The notes: generated from the sequence alone by a model not told the origin. A DNA stretch of 64,000 nt from Octopus sinensis (GCF_006345805.1 NC_043004.1:76260001-76324000), one strand, 5' to 3'; positions 1 to 14,519 are shown, counted from the first letter of the stretch. Translations and numbers: made by a program.

Positions 1-662
1 TATGCGTGTGTGAACGCGTGCGTGTGTGTATGCGTGTGTGAACGCGTGCGTGTGTGTATGCGTGTGTGTGGTGTGTATAAATATGAGGTAATTAATCTAG
101 CAGAACTGCTAGATTAATTGCTCTGCATGGGAATATTTCGCGAGTCCTGCAGCAGCAGTCAAAGGGTGTCGAACACTTAAAATGCTTTCGCAGTAACATG
201 AGAAACACGAAGCACGCACTTATATGCAAGCATTTCCACCGCGTGCACACACACGCACACACTCACATATGCATACACTCTCACACACATACGCATATAC
301 ACGCACACAAGCACCCCCCCCCCCCCCACACACGCACACAAGCACTCACGTACACACGCATACACACACACACACTCATACGCTTACACACGCACACACA
401 CACTAGTACTCTCACACACGCACTCACACACGCAGAGACACGTACATAAACACTCACACACGCACACATTCACACACACCTCCACATATGCACACTCTCA
501 CACACAAGCACACACACTCTCTCTCTCTCACACACACGCACAGACATACATGCACACACACGCATACGCACACATTCACACACACGCACTTTCACACACA
601 CTCACACACACACACACACACTCAAACACGCACGCACAAATGATTATAAGTGTTGTATATAA

Positions 663-694
<32 letters not shown>

Positions 695-784
695 CTCCAT
701 TTATTTATTGCTAATGAAACAATTTCCAGATGTCATCTCTCTTTGAGATTCTGCAGCAAAGTGCACTTGTCCATAATGTAAATT

Positions 785-1149
785 GCGCATGCAGTCATTA
801 CTGCTATATGTGTGGAGCTCTCTGATTTAGAAATTGCCAGCATCCTAAACATTCAGACTCTATAAGAACATCATAGTTTATTGAACAGGTTCAAAACATG
901 ATCAATAATAATACCAGAAAATCAGTGAGAACCGTTGTCAAAGAACTTCAGGATGAGGTTGGATCATCCGAACTGTAGAGCACAAGGATGTACAATACAA
1001 GTCGTATGTATTAAGGAGAAGCCAGCTCATGACTTCAATGACACAAGCAAACTGTTTGTTTTGTGTCAAGAGGTTGCTTAACAAGGATAAAAACTCACAA
1101 ACATAGCATGCTTTGGTTCTTTTCTGATCAGGAAATTTCAACCAAGACT
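785..1149 (+). mobile_element. Decayed Tc1/mariner (maT/DD37D-like) transposase, N-terminal part
   Basis: Frameshifted translation HAVITAICVELSDLEIASILN...RKSVRTVVKELQ...QYKSYVLRRSQLM...KRLLNK...MLWFFSD..FNQD resembles maT-type transposases up to the first catalytic D. Confidence 0.75.
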
Positions 1150-1151
1150 AC

Positions 1152-1418
<267 letters not shown>

Positions 1419-1659
1419 CATATTTATTTAGAAATATTTGTGTCTTTCTATATGTACATGGATTTGTGTAAATATCGTATATAAACATGCATATATATAT
1501 GTATGCATGTATATATATTTGTGCTTATGTGTGTGTGTATACACACACGTATACATATATACATATGTATACATGCATACAATATAGATCTATACGTACA
1601 TAAATATATACCACCATATGTATAAATATAAACATAGAAAGATAGATAGATTGACAGGC

Positions 1660-1696
<37 letters not shown>

Positions 1697-1930
1697 GGTA
1701 GATTGATAGATAGCTAGCTAGCTAGCTAGCTAGATAGATAGATAGCTGGATGGATGGATAGATAGTTAGACAGACAGACAGATAGATAGATAGCTGGCTG
1801 GCTGGCTGGCTGGATAGATAGATAGATAGATGATAGATAGATAGACAGACAGACATACAGATAGATAGAAAGATAGATAGATAGATAGATGTAATTAAAG
1901 AAATATATACACACATACATATGACGACAT

Positions 1931-2023
<93 letters not shown>

Positions 2024-2031
2024 CATACATA

Positions 2032-2370
2032 AGCCTAACTAGAGAAAAGACAAATGGTTGTGTGTAGCTCCTTCTGATGCCCGCAGATTAATGCACACTA
2101 ATTGTCCAGAAAGTGTGTTACTTTTAGGAATGGTGAGTAACGAAGGTCCTGTCGTTACAGCTTTCCACAAAGTCTTAGACTTTATACTGCTGGATACGTT
2201 GAGATGCTTGACACTGTAGCCAAGCTCTGGATATTTGGAATGCGCAATTGAAGGCGATAGATATTTCAATAAGACTGAACACTTTCTCGTAAAACTCCCA
2301 AAACCCAAGAACAGATGCCAAAAGATCGTTGCGATCATGTAACGCCAAACTTGTCTGGAGCGAAGTATGG
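2032..2370 (+). mobile_element. Same maT-like transposase, catalytic part, resuming after an ~880 bp microsatellite+SINE insertion
   Basis: DKWLC...MHTNCPESVLLLGMVSNEG...FPQSLRLYTAGYVEMLDTVAKLWI...IFQ*D...DHVTPN; collinear with the 785-1149 piece. Confidence 0.75.
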
Positions 2371-2504
2371 CTGAATTTGGGTTTTGGAGAAAAGCAGGCA
2401 AATCCTTAATTCATATGTCATAACTGATCAAGATGACCAGGGCAATAAAAAGTCTGCAAGACCATCTTAAGGTTTAAAGGTTGATGAACAAAATTCGCAA
2501 CATA

Positions 2505-2790
2505 GGTGCCGGAGTGGCTGTGTGGTAAATAGCTTACTTACCAATCACATGGTCCTGGGTTCATTCCCACTGCGTGGCACCTTGGGCAAGTGTCTTCTAC
2601 TATAGCCTCGGGCCGACCAAAGCCTTGTGAGTGGATTTGGTAGACGGAAACTGAAAGAAGCCCGTCATATTTGCGTATATATATATATATAAGTATTAGA
2701 CTTCCAAAGAATAAGTCCTGGGGTCGATTTGCTCGACTAAAGGTGGTGCTTCAGCATGGCCGCAGTCAAATGAGTAAAAGAGTGAAAAGC
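2505..2790 (+). mobile_element. SINE family A, internally deleted
   Basis: Head 2505-2668, then (TA)n, then tail GAATAAGTCCTGGGGTCGATTTGCTCGACTAAAGG...GTAAAAGAG. Confidence 0.85.
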
Positions 2791-2855
2791 GAGTAACATT
2801 ACTACTAAGCAGGTGTGCCAAAATTAACTCTATATTAAAAAGCGGAAAAAAACAC

Positions 2856-2886
<31 letters not shown>

Positions 2887-3254
2887 CAAACATACATACA
2901 TACAAACATACATACATACATACATACATACATAAGCACTTTAAAAATACACTCAGAACGCAGAACAATCAAAATATGAAGGACATTTTTCAAGTTCAAA
3001 ATGTGACATTGTTTTTTGTTGTCTACATTTCCAAAGATGGAGCCTCGTGTCTTTGTTAGGTACCAGCTCCTTCGTTTCAGAAAGACTTCAAATAATTAAA
3101 AATAGAATAGAATACTGTAGTGTGGACGCCCCCGGACGATGAAGTAGACTAGTCCAATACGTAGATATAGAGGGAGAAGTCTAGACGTCGAAGAGAGAAG
3201 AGAGCGGAGTAGTGTTGAGTAGTGTTGAGTAGTAGAGGCATCCGAACGGGCGAC

Positions 3255-3285
<31 letters not shown>

Positions 3286-3844
3286 CACACACACACACAA
3301 ACACACTCAAACACACACTCTCACACACACACTCACACACTCACACACACACACACACTCACACACACACTCACACACGCACACTCAAACACATACTCAA
3401 TCACGCTTACACTCACACACACACGCACACACACTCACACACACTCACACACGCACTCACACACACTCACATACGCACTCACACACACTCACACACACAC
3501 ACTCACACACACACACTCACACACACACACACTCACACGAACACACACACACACGCACACACACACAAACACACACGCACACACACATTCGTGACTACGA
3601 ATGTAGCCTTCCTATTCACCAGGCCAAAGAACGACCTCTTGATGACTAAGTGCCTGTCATGGAATTTTCGTGGGAGAATATAAAGAAAACCGGAATTCTA
3701 ACGACTCTGTCAGTTCACCGTCTTTGAGTGTGTATTCTTAGATATGAAAACAAAATTCCGACCAGATTATATCGAGATACTGCAACAAAAGATTTATTAT
3801 AAAGAAATTTAGATTTAGTTAAATTTTCAACGAATTTAAACATA

Positions 3845-4033
3845 GGCGCTGGCATGGCTGTGTGTTTAAAAAGCCCGCTTTGTAACCACACGGTCACGAG
3901 TTCAGTCCAACTACGTGACACCTAACGCAAGTGTCTCCTACTATAACTGCAGGCAGACCATTGCCTTGTGAGCGAATTTGGTAAACGAAAACTGTGAGGA
4001 AACCTGTCATACATACATACATACATACATACA

Positions 4034-4067
<34 letters not shown>

Positions 4068-4225
4068 CGACGGGCTTCTTTCAGTTTCCGACTACCAAAT
4101 TCACTCACAAGGCTTTGGTCGGCTTGAGGCTATAGTAGAAGACATTTGCCCAACGTTCCACGCAGTAGGACTGAATCCGGAACCATGTGGTTGGTAAGCA
4201 AGCTACTTCCCACACAGCCACTCCT
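3845..4225. mobile_element. Two oppositely oriented SINE A heads around a (CATA)n tract
   Basis: 3845-4010 on + (diverged), 4067-4225 on -. Confidence 0.75.
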
Positions 4226-5283
4226 ATATATATATTTCGGACCTGGGTTCTCATTCCTAAGGTATTTTTCGATGCCTGACCATTTCCTTCAAATATCTAT
4301 CGTTTCATTGTTGCATTGTTTTTCTTAATTTAAAATTATTCTCTCGAGATTGCCCAATTAAAGTAACAAATTGGAAAAGTCATTAGAACGTTCTGGTATT
4401 TATTCTAATGTCTTGCACTCTCGGCTCAAATCCCGACGAGATCAACTTCACCTTTCATCCTTCTAGGGGGTCGATAAATAAAGTACCAATCTACGTGATA
4501 AACTGGTGAAACTGGTAACGCTTCGGCTGGGCTGTCTTCCGATATCTATTCTGGCTCTTTGCGTTCTGAGTTCAAATCCCACTGCGGCCTGCTTGGGTTG
4601 GTGATAGACTTAATTTCTTTCCCGGTCCAACACCACCATCTGGATCACAGACATCTTTAACAGAGTCAGCCGACTAAAGAATACTTCCTTGCCCATACCG
4701 TTCAGCACCGGCAGTCCTGCAAAGGGGCATGCAAATTGCTTATCCTTTTGACTAAACGACTCCAAAAATTTCTTGTAGTTCTGACAAAACCTTTTAACAT
4801 GGTTGTTTGTTTTTGATTGCTGATATAAGACACACAGCCTCAGATTTTGGGAGAGGAAACAGCCGACTTACATCGGCCCAACTATTTAACTGGTACTTCA
4901 TTTTATTGACCCCCAGAAGCAAAGTTGGCTCCAGATGGATTTGAAATCGAATCTCAAAACAACCCCAACAACTATACAATATTTAACACACGGGGGTGAC
5001 AGCGCTAAGGAGTGATGTGTATCAATACAGACTTGTCAGTTCAAATATGCTTACGGGTTCGAATATACCTCAAGTATATGTGAACTTGTAACAAGTTTAT
5101 GATCTTTAGCATAGCTTTCTCTCGATTTCTGTTTTTAACTCGCTGGCCCTCGCACCACCAGGCTACTTAACATCATCCTATTCGTGTCCATAGAGAAGCC
5201 TATACGTTGTTACTCTGCCTATTAGAAATAGCAGCTAAATCATCCTCAAAGCACCCTCTCGTTTCTTTAAAAATGGAATGTAA

Positions 5284-5495
5284 TACAGGGTGGCCCAAAA
5301 GTAGGTTTACAGTTATTCAATTATCTCTTTCGCCTCCCCTCACTCTCCCCTACACAAGTTTATACAACAAACCCAGAAATGCCGCCTCCGTAAAAGCACC
5401 GCCCCACTCTCGCCATGGCCTCTCCTTAGATCCGCTACTGAACTTGTGCAATCAGCAATTTTTTTTATCACTGTACAGGAAATTACTTTTGGTTT
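5284..5495. mobile_element. Possible degraded Tc1/mariner MITE
   Basis: TACAGGGTGGCCCAAAAGTAGGTTTACAG at left; partial inverted match CTGTACAG..TACTTTTGG at right. Confidence 0.35.
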
Positions 5496-5916
5496 AGTAA
5501 ATCTAATTTTGTCAGTTGCTTTGTCACGTGATCATTCATACCTACAAAAGCGCATTCTGCCAAAGGATATCTATCTGTATTTATATAAATCTTTCATTCA
5601 CAAAATTCTTTCAAACACCTGACGTGTTTCTATTTTTGCCTTACCTCTCCTCGTTATAGTTCCCTTTTATAGCGCATGAAATTTGTTTGAAGTCTGTCTC
5701 GGTGATTATCGACTATAATCAGTCACTAAAGCAGTTGGAATCAATATCGATCTATAGAATTAGTTTCCATATTTCCCATGTTCCGCTCTGTTTCTACAAA
5801 ATTTTAGTTTCCCGCCATTTTCATTTGTACATTCTTCACATTAAGTTCAAGGTCAAACTCTGTTTACTAACGTTAATATTTGTATATCAGAGGAAGGGGG
5901 GGGAGATAGAGAGAAT

Positions 5917-5962
<46 letters not shown>

Positions 5963-6293
5963 CAGAGATGTAGAGCCACAGAAAGAGAGATAGAAAGTGA
6001 GAAGGAAACGGAGAGAAATAGAGAGAAACAGATAGAGAGAGATCCAAAGATGTAGAGCTACATACATATATACATACATACATATATATATATACATACA
6101 CACACTCACACATATACACACACATACACACGCACACACATACACGCACATACACATACACACACAAACACATACACATACACACACATACATACATACA
6201 CACAGATACATACATACACACATACACATACATACACACACATACAAATCTGCATACGTACATACATATATACATATTCACATACATACATAC

Positions 6294-6402
6294 AAAAATA
6301 CCGCTGTTGATATTGAAATTCCAATGAAGGAGCCTTGGATCTTGGTTAGAAGCTGGTTCTTTCTCTATTAGTAAGAAATCTCGAAATAAACTGAATAATG
6401 AC
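6294..6402 (+). repeat. ~110 bp module embedded in (CATA)n, copy 1
   Basis: Also at 8509-8624, 14099-14210, 43491-43602 and partially at 36540-36583; the four full copies are flanked by CATA repeats. Confidence 0.85.
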
Positions 6403-8132
6403 ATACATACATACATACATACATACATACATACATACATACATACAAATACGATGGCACACCAGTGAAGTAACGTGGAGTCGATTCTAGTTGGTCAGTT
6501 CTAGTTCATAGCACTAATATTTAATAGGATCTGGGTTTAGCAAACCAAAACTTTGGCTAAGTTTTGCTTCTCCACTAAAACGCTTCAGATGTGAATGGAA
6601 TTATAACAGGCACCGCTATGACTATTAAGATCATTAAGACGTTGCTGTTTAGGCCGATTTAGATCTGATCAAGTACTTCTATGACGAAAGCTGTTCTATC
6701 CTAGAACACACCAACATTTCTCAGTTACAGTATATCTACGACTCATTATCTGATGTGTCCTTCCAGTTTTAAGACGGTAGCGTGTGCCGTGAGAGATCAT
6801 TTGATGTTGCTTCTACTCGTTTGAAAAGGCAAGAGAATTAATATAATTTGCTTGCAAAAGAAAATTTAAAGCAAAAGGAACATAAAAGTTGATGTTTACA
6901 CCGATGTTTATTCAACGACATGGAAATTTGAATTATTGGTTTGATGTCAGGTGTTAGGCAGAATCTTAAAGGATTATCAGTTAATCTATTCATCTTTGAG
7001 AGACACTAACTTTTATTATATTGATCGATTTGCTTTTCACGTTTCTATAATTTACAAATACCCTCAGACGTAATTACAGGCCCTGTCTAGCTAACATCTT
7101 GGGGATATTTAATTATGGGTGAACCGATTTCAGTACACGAAGTAACTGTCACAGATTCGGATACCATTTAAACTCTTGCATGATCGGATAGCAGAAGTTG
7201 ATTTTTGGATTGAATTTACAAGTACGAGGCAAAAATCATGAATCTTATTAGAAGAATTGGAGATGTAGGCCAAGTCAAAAGGAACTGGAGTCTGAGGTTG
7301 TTAATTGGTATGTTCAGTTGTGGCAGTGGATAGAGTGAAAAGATGGTCGTAGACATAGGCATGTTCTCCGGTCTGCATAAAGGACTTTTTTTAGATGGAG
7401 TGCAGTGGGTACTGAATTGGCTCCGTCCTATGTACCCAAGCTTCATCTGCCATGACCAAGCAATCTGGAACGCGGATAGTGGGGTTCTTGGATCGTTGAT
7501 TTTACATCAGATTTTTCTTTTTCTAGACAGGTGACCAGAAGGTAGAAACCAGCGAATCCCATCTGCGAGGGACTGGAGTCTGAATTGTTTTTCCTTTCGC
7601 CGGTTATCAACCAAGGCTAATGAATCCAGTCTACCCAACCAGCAAGCTCTATAGTAACCGGAGGCTTCGACGAAAAGATGTTGTTACGGAATTAGTAATG
7701 TAGGAGAGGCCACTTCTACTGACCACCCATCTAGCAATGCAAACAAGTAATCGCACAGCATTCATTACACTTCCTTAGGTGAGGAGGAAGTGTCAGACAC
7801 AGACTTCACCAGCATTCCCGCGTGTGTATGTGTGTGCAAGGGTGCAGGAATGTATGTATGTGTATATGTTTATGCACGTATATATGCAAACACAAACACA
7901 AACGCGTACTTATTCATCTTTTTATATTTTGGTGGGGGGTCTTAGCACCCATAAAGCTGATTACTCGATCTCCATGACTTATAAGTGATCGAGATCTCAA
8001 TATTCCCTGACAAGCGGAGCGCCAATCCGTTGCACCCTGAAAGAACGAAAGGCAAAACAGACTTCGTTGGAAGAAAGAGCCGGAAGGAATGCCGTAAAGT
8101 ATTTTGCCGGACGTGCTAACGATTCTACTAGC

Positions 8133-8163
<31 letters not shown>

Positions 8164-8508
8164 CATGCATGCATGCATCCATACATACATACATACATAC
8201 ATGCATGCATGCATCCATACATACATGCATACATACATACATACATACATACATACATACATGCATACATACATACATACATGCATGCATGCATCCATAC
8301 ATACATGCATACATACATGCATGCATGCATACATACATGCATACATGCATGCATACATACATACATGCATGCATGCATACATGCATGCATGCATATATAT
8401 ATGCATCCATACATACATGCATACATACATACATACATACATACATGCATACATACATACATACATACATACATACATGCATGCATGTATTCTTGCATAC
8501 ATACATAC

Positions 8509-8624
8509 AAAAATATCCTGTTTTTGATGTTGAAATTCCAGTGTGGGGCGGGGAACCTTGGATCTATGTTGGAGACAGGTTCTTTCTCTATTGACAAGAA
8601 ATCTTGAAATAAACTGAATAATGA
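8509..8624 (+). repeat. (CATA)n-embedded module, copy 2
   Basis: AAAAATATCCTG...GTTGAAATTCCA...TTCTTTCTCTATTG...AAACTGAATAATGAC. Confidence 0.8.
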
Positions 8625-8799
8625 CATACATGCATACATACTTACATACATGCACGTGCATACATACACACACGCACATGCGTGTGTGAATTTAAGTTAG
8701 TGGTGTTATTTTGTTTAGCCCTAGGCCAGCTCATATTTAGCAGAATTATGTTGGAAGATATTGCTGTAACCTCTATTCGATCTTCCTTTTTCTATCACA

Positions 8800-8805
8800 G
8801 TGTCT

Positions 8806-8861
<56 letters not shown>

Positions 8862-9385
8862 TCTTCTTCTTCTTCTTCTTCTTCTTCTTCTCTTCTTCTC
8901 TTCTTTTTCTTCTCTTTCTTCTTCTTCTTCTTCTCCTTCTTTTCTTCTTCTTCTTTTCTTCCTCTTCTCTTCTCTTCTACTTCTTCTTCATTTTCTTCTT
9001 CTTCTCTTCTTCCTCTTCTTCTTCTTCTTCCTCCCCTTCTTTTCTTCTTCTTCTTCTTCCTCTTTTTTCTCTTCTTCTTCCTCCTTCCTCTTCTTCTTTC
9101 TTCTTCTTCTTCCTCTCTCTTCTTCTTCTCCTTCCCTTCTTCTTCTTCTTCTTCTTCTTCTTCTCTTCTTCCTCTTCTCTCCTTCTTCTTCTTCTCTTCT
9201 TCTTCTTCCTCTTCTTTTATTCTTCTTCTTTTCTTCTTCTTTTCTTCTTCTTCTTCTTCATTTTTTCTTCTTCTTCTCTTCTTCTTCTTCTTTTCTTCTT
9301 CTTCTTCTTCTTCTCTTCTTCTCCTTTCTTCTTCTTCTTCTTCTTCCTATCCTCTTCTTCTTTCTTCTTCTTCTTCTTCTTCCTT

Positions 9386-9418
<33 letters not shown>

Positions 9419-9770
9419 TTCTTCTTTCTTCTCTTCTTTCTTCTCTCTTCTTCTTCTTTCTTCTTTTCCTCCTCTCTTCTTCTTCTTCTCCTTCCTTCTT
9501 CTTCTTCTTCTTCTTCTTCTTCTTCTTCCACTCCTTTCTCTTCTTCTTCCTCTTCTTCTTCTTCTTCTTTATCTCTTCTTCTTCTTCCTCTTCTCTTCTT
9601 CTTTTCTTATCTCTTCTTCTTCTTCTCCTCTTCTTCTTCTTCTTCTTCTTCTATCTCCTTCTTCTTCTCCTCTTCTTCTTCTTCTCTTCTTCTTCCTCTT
9701 CTTCTTCTTCCTCTTCTTTTCTTCTTTTCTTCTCTCTTCTTCTCTTCTTCTTCTTCTTCTTCTTCTTCCT

Positions 9771-9818
<48 letters not shown>

Positions 9819-9898
9819 TTCTTCTTCTTTTTTTCTTCTCTTCTTCTTCTTCTTCTTCGTCTTCTTCTTCTCCTTCTTCTTCTTCTTCTTCCTCTTCT
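8800..9898. repeat. ~1.1 kb degenerate (TTC)n polypyrimidine tract
   Basis: Almost only T/C on the + strand; source of the spurious 443 aa and 366 aa ORFs. Confidence 0.97.
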
Positions 9899-10179
9899 AA
9901 CTAGTCATTTCCTTTCTGAGAAGGTAGTCTTATCTCAGAATGTGCGCTACGAGGGACTTTTAGCCTTTTATTTCTCCCAGGTCGAGCAACTACTTAAAAG
10001 CATTCTCGTTTAACTTACGTAATCTTTGTCTGGGATATATATATATACATATATGTATATATGTATGTATATGTGTGTATATATATGTGTGTGTATATAT
10101 GTGTATGTATATTATACATACATATATATACATATACATATATACATATGCATATATATGTATGTGTGTATACCACACA

Positions 10180-10221
<42 letters not shown>

Positions 10222-10818
10222 ATATATAATCATATATAGATGTTGGTTGGTGTGTGTTGGTGTACTATGCATGGCATTGCTTAGTCTGGAAGGAATTAAC
10301 CATAAACAGTATAGGCTTCCGTTTCTTCATATGTTAATAATTCTCCGATATGTTTTTATATTATTTATAAACAATAAACATATTTGTGAAAGCCAATCTT
10401 TTATTTGACAGGGGACTCGTGAAACAGAACTAAATGGGAGTCAAAAGAACCGTCCTTGAAACATTCGGTGCTCTTTCAAATTTACCTTAGTCAACACAAT
10501 TTTGTACCAACAATGGCTGGTCGGGAATGTAGTTACTATGATAGATCTAATAATAGTTCTTGCTAATTTTCGGTTCAAGGCCTACAGTTTTGAGAGGAGG
10601 TATATATCGATTTCACTAAGCCAAGTACTCAATTGGTACTTATTTTATCGACCTCGAATATACGTAAGGCAAAGATGATTTCGGCGATATTTGAACTCTG
10701 GAACGTAAGACGGAAGGAATACTGCTTGGAATTTTGTCTGACGTGATAATGATTCTGTCATCTCGTTGTCTAGATCTGCTAGGAAATTTAACCAAATCAT
10801 TTCATATCACACTATACC

Positions 10819-11051
10819 TGTTTCTTTACTACCCACAAGAGGCTAAACATAGAGAGGACAAACAAGGACAGACAAACGGATTAAGTCGATTAGATCGACC
10901 CCAGTGTGTAACTGGTGCTTATTTAATCGACCCCGAAAGGATGAAAGGCAAAGTCGACCTCAGCGGAATTTGAACTCAGAACGTAGCGGCAGACGAAATA
11001 CCGCTAAGCATTTCGCCCGGCATGCTAACGTTTCTGCCATCTCGCCGCCTT
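10819..11051 (-). mobile_element. SINE family B, full length with TSD
   Basis: Reverse complement of GGCGGCGAGATGGCAGAAACGTTAGC...GAGTTCAAATTCC...GTCGACTTTGCCTTTCATCCTTTCGGGGTCGA; ATCACACTATACC on both flanks. Confidence 0.9.
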
Positions 11052-11834
11052 AAATCACACTATACCGGAGCAGTGGACAGGACAGGACTGGACAGAACTG
11101 GACGGGATGTCGACAGTGTCATACCCTGAGATATTCGTTCTAGTTCAGTACGCTATCAGTTCAAATCCCGCCGAGGTCATTCTTTCAGGATCGATAAAAA
11201 AAAAATAAATAAATACCCAGCCAGCGTATTGGATTGGCGGAAATGTATGGACGTTGGCCTGGATGCCTTGCAATGTCCGTTGCGGCTCTTTGCGCTTTGA
11301 GTTCATATCCCACCGTGGCCTACCCGGCTTGTAGCCTTGATCTATCACCCGGTTTAACGCCACCACATGGCACCTCGGGGCCTTTAACGGGGACCACTAT
11401 GTTGTAGGTATTCGGGCCAGATACTTTCCCTCCCTCCTTCCCTCTCACTCTGCTTCCATTGTTTCGTTTTTATTTATTGAAAAAAAAAACCCTGGACGGA
11501 ATTTTTACCTATTAATTACATGAATAATCTTAGATAACCGACATTTTCCGATTCCCTGCATTATAAGGAAGCCTACAAAGGCTATGGGCTTTCTTCCAGG
11601 CTTAAAAAAATAAAAACAAACTGAGATTGTCCCATATTTGTATTTAGCATGCAGAACGCTCACGTGTGTCTATCAAATTATGTTATCGATTACACAAGAG
11701 AATGATTGTTATTCCCTTCTGAAATTCAGACAAAATTGTATATGGCGGTTCCAATCCTGTAAGTCGACCAATCGATCCTGTCTTTCTTCTTCAACTTGTT
11801 GATTAGTAAGTATAATAATTCTGTAGAAATTACT

Positions 11835-12522
11835 AATAATGGTTTCAAATTTTGACCCATGGGCAGCAAGTTCGTGGGAGGGGGTAAGTCAATTACATCG
11901 ACCCCCAGTGTTCAACTGGTGCTTATTTTATCAACCCCGAAAGGATGAAAGGTAAAGTTGACCACGGTGGAATTTGAGCCCAGAACGTAAAGACAGACGA
12001 AATACCGCTAAGCATTTTGTCCGGCATGCTAACGATTCTGCCAACTCGCCGCCTTCATAGAAATTAATTATATTCTTTTTTATTCTGAGCACAAGGGCCG
12101 AAATTTTGGGGGAGAGGGCCAGTCAGTTAGATCGATCCCAGAACGCAACTAGTACTTATTTTATCGTCTCCGAAAGGATGAAAGGCAAAGTCGACCTCGG
12201 CGGATTTTGAACCCAGAACGTAAAGACAGACGGAATACCGCTAGGCATTTCGCCCGGCGTGCTAACGTTTCTGCCAGCACGCCGCCTAATGTAAATTAAT
12301 AATATTCTTTTCTATTCTAGGCACAAGGCCCGAAATTTTGGGGGAGGGGGGGCAGTCGATTAGATCGACGTCTGTACGCAACTAGTACTTATTTTATCGT
12401 CCCCGAGGGGATGAAAGGCAAAGTCGACCTCGGCGGAATTTGAACTCAGAACGTAAAGACAGGCGAAATACCGCTAAGCACGTCATCCGGCGTGCTAACG
12501 ATTCTGCCAGCTCACCACCTTC
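11835..12522 (-). mobile_element. Three head-to-tail SINE B copies
   Basis: Three ~225 bp units separated by AATTAAT(T/A)ATATTC-like spacers. Confidence 0.9.
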
Positions 12523-12599
12523 TTATAGAATTTAATAATATTGAAGTGCCTAATGCATATTTTAATAATTCAGTCTCCTTTTTTCTTTATTTTGTAGCC

Positions 12600-12800
12600 A
12601 ATTCTCATTCGTAGCTACCATCAGAGGTGCATTAGGCTATATACCTTCAAATTTACAGAAAACCCTAGAAAGAGCAAAAGAAACTGGCGTGGGTTTTCCA
12701 GATTCAATTTATTTGTGGCACAATGAAAATGTGTAAGACATTCCAAAGATTCTCCATCTGAAATTCTTTAGGTGAATAGATGCACACACACACTTGGGTG
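12600..12800 (+). mobile_element. Probable 3' end of an R4/Dong-like LINE ORF
   Basis: FSFVATIRGALGYIPSNLQKTLE and FQIQFICGTMKMCKTFQRF resemble the GALG-containing C-terminus after the restriction-like endonuclease. Confidence 0.5.
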
Positions 12801-13090
12801 TCTGCATCGAGGGTTCAAACGCTACACCGACTCAACAACATATTTACAAACACCGGGAACTCTCTTGACTGAAAAAGTCTTGTCACTTTTTTAGCGACCA
12901 ACTTGAACTCTCTTAAGAACTTAAATAAAATATGCATACATACAAGCGAAGCTATATGCATACCTATTCTTTTATGCGTTTCGGTCCAAAGGTTGTGGCC
13001 ATGTTGGGGCACCAGTATCATCATCAGTTTTTCAATGGAAATTCTCATGTGGTTAGGTTTATGGTGAAGAAGAGAGCTTGATATTGCTGC

Positions 13091-13485
13091 TGTTGCTGTT
13101 GCTGTTGAGCGAAGCGGTCTTCGTCCCAGAGCTCGCAAGATCGTGCCTCTGTAGTGGGAGAAGTCCGAAACGTGGTCCTTTGCTATTCGTAAGACCCGCA
13201 GAAGAGAAAGCAGGTCAACCCCCGACACCGAGAGCATCGACGGATGGATGAATGCGAATCCAGGCTCAGCGGTTGCGTAGGATGTCGGAGACAAGAACCA
13301 GGAAGAAAGAGTGAGAGAAAGCTGGAGCAAAAGAGTACAACAGAGGTCGCAACCCCACCCCCCTTTCGGAGCCTCGTGGAGCTTCAGGTGTTTTCGCTCA
13401 ATAAACACACACAATCTGGGAATCGAAACCGCGATCCTCCGACCGCTAGTCCGCTGCCCTAACCATTGGGCCATTGCGCCTCCAC
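13091..13485 (-). mobile_element. tRNA-derived SINE family C, tail type 1, 12-bp TSD
   Basis: Head GGAGGCGCAATGGCCCAATGGTTAGGGCAGCGGAC...GGTTTCGATTCCC; (CAA/CAG)n tail; TGATATTGCTGC at 13079-13090 and 13486-13497. Confidence 0.9.
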
Positions 13486-13874
13486 TGATATTGCTGCCCA
13501 CTTTTGAGTTTCTTACCGTGTTGTAGGTTCATCTGGGATCTTGGACAGCTGAAGGCTAAAATATTTCTTGAAAACATCTGCCCCAACACCACGTAGGCCA
13601 ATACCAATATTTATTGATGCATTTGTCTTTGTGGGTAAATGCCTAATTTGGACAATCCAGAAAACTGGAGTTTTCAGAGAAAGGAATCAACCTGCTGACA
13701 CACATATTACGAGTACAATCTGTAAGCGGAACAGTAAAAGTATACAAGACTTTACTCAAGTTTAAAACGTGAATTTGTTTTTGATATTTTCATTCCAATG
13801 ACAGAGCTATGCATCTTTGTAAGAAACCAGCCCCTTCCTCACAGGAGCACTTCAAATAAATAATTATAAATATA

Positions 13875-13907
<33 letters not shown>

Positions 13908-14098
13908 TACTTACCTACCTACCTACCTACCTACCTACTTACCTACCTACCTACCTACTTACCTACCTACCTACCTACCTACCTACCTACCTACCTACCT
14001 ACATACATACATACATACATACATTCATTCATACATACATACATACATACATGCATGCATACATGCAATCATGCATGCATGCATACATACATACAAAC

Positions 14099-14210
14099 AA
14101 ACGTACCCTGTTGTTGATGTTGAAATTTCAATGAAGTAACCTTTCATCTAGTTTAGAAACCGGTTCTTTCTCTATTGGCAAGAAATCTCGAAATAAAATT
14201 GAATGATGAT
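14099..14210 (+). repeat. (CATA)n-embedded module, copy 3
   Basis: Similar to 6294-6402; contains TAGAAACCGGTTCTTTC. Confidence 0.8.
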
Positions 14211-14442
14211 ATACATACATACATACACACATTTTACGCACGTACGCATATTAGAAATATTTCGCAGGATATATTGGCGAAAGTATTTCTTTATGCAAAC
14301 CATTAAAATGATATTATTATCCAGAGAAATGATAAAACGGACACTCCCAAACGGAGACAAAATTATATAAAGATAAATATATAAAAATATATGTTGACAT
14401 TTTTGAAGATATTGATGTGTGTGAGAATACATACATACATAC

Positions 14443-14519
<77 letters not shown>

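Noticed and set aside
8682-10013. 443-aa and 366-aa ORFs
   Set aside because: Translation of the (TTC)n tract; only S/F/L/P runs
11835-12522. CRISPR-like regularly spaced repeats
   Set aside because: Units are ~225-bp SINE copies without unique spacers; no cas genes
12598-12732. Apparent exon (ttttgtag...gtaaga) with an open frame
   Set aside because: The peptide is better explained as an R4/Dong-like LINE C-terminus continuing in another frame
13400-13485. tRNA genes in SINE heads
   Set aside because: A/B boxes present but no complete cloverleaf, and each continues into a SINE body
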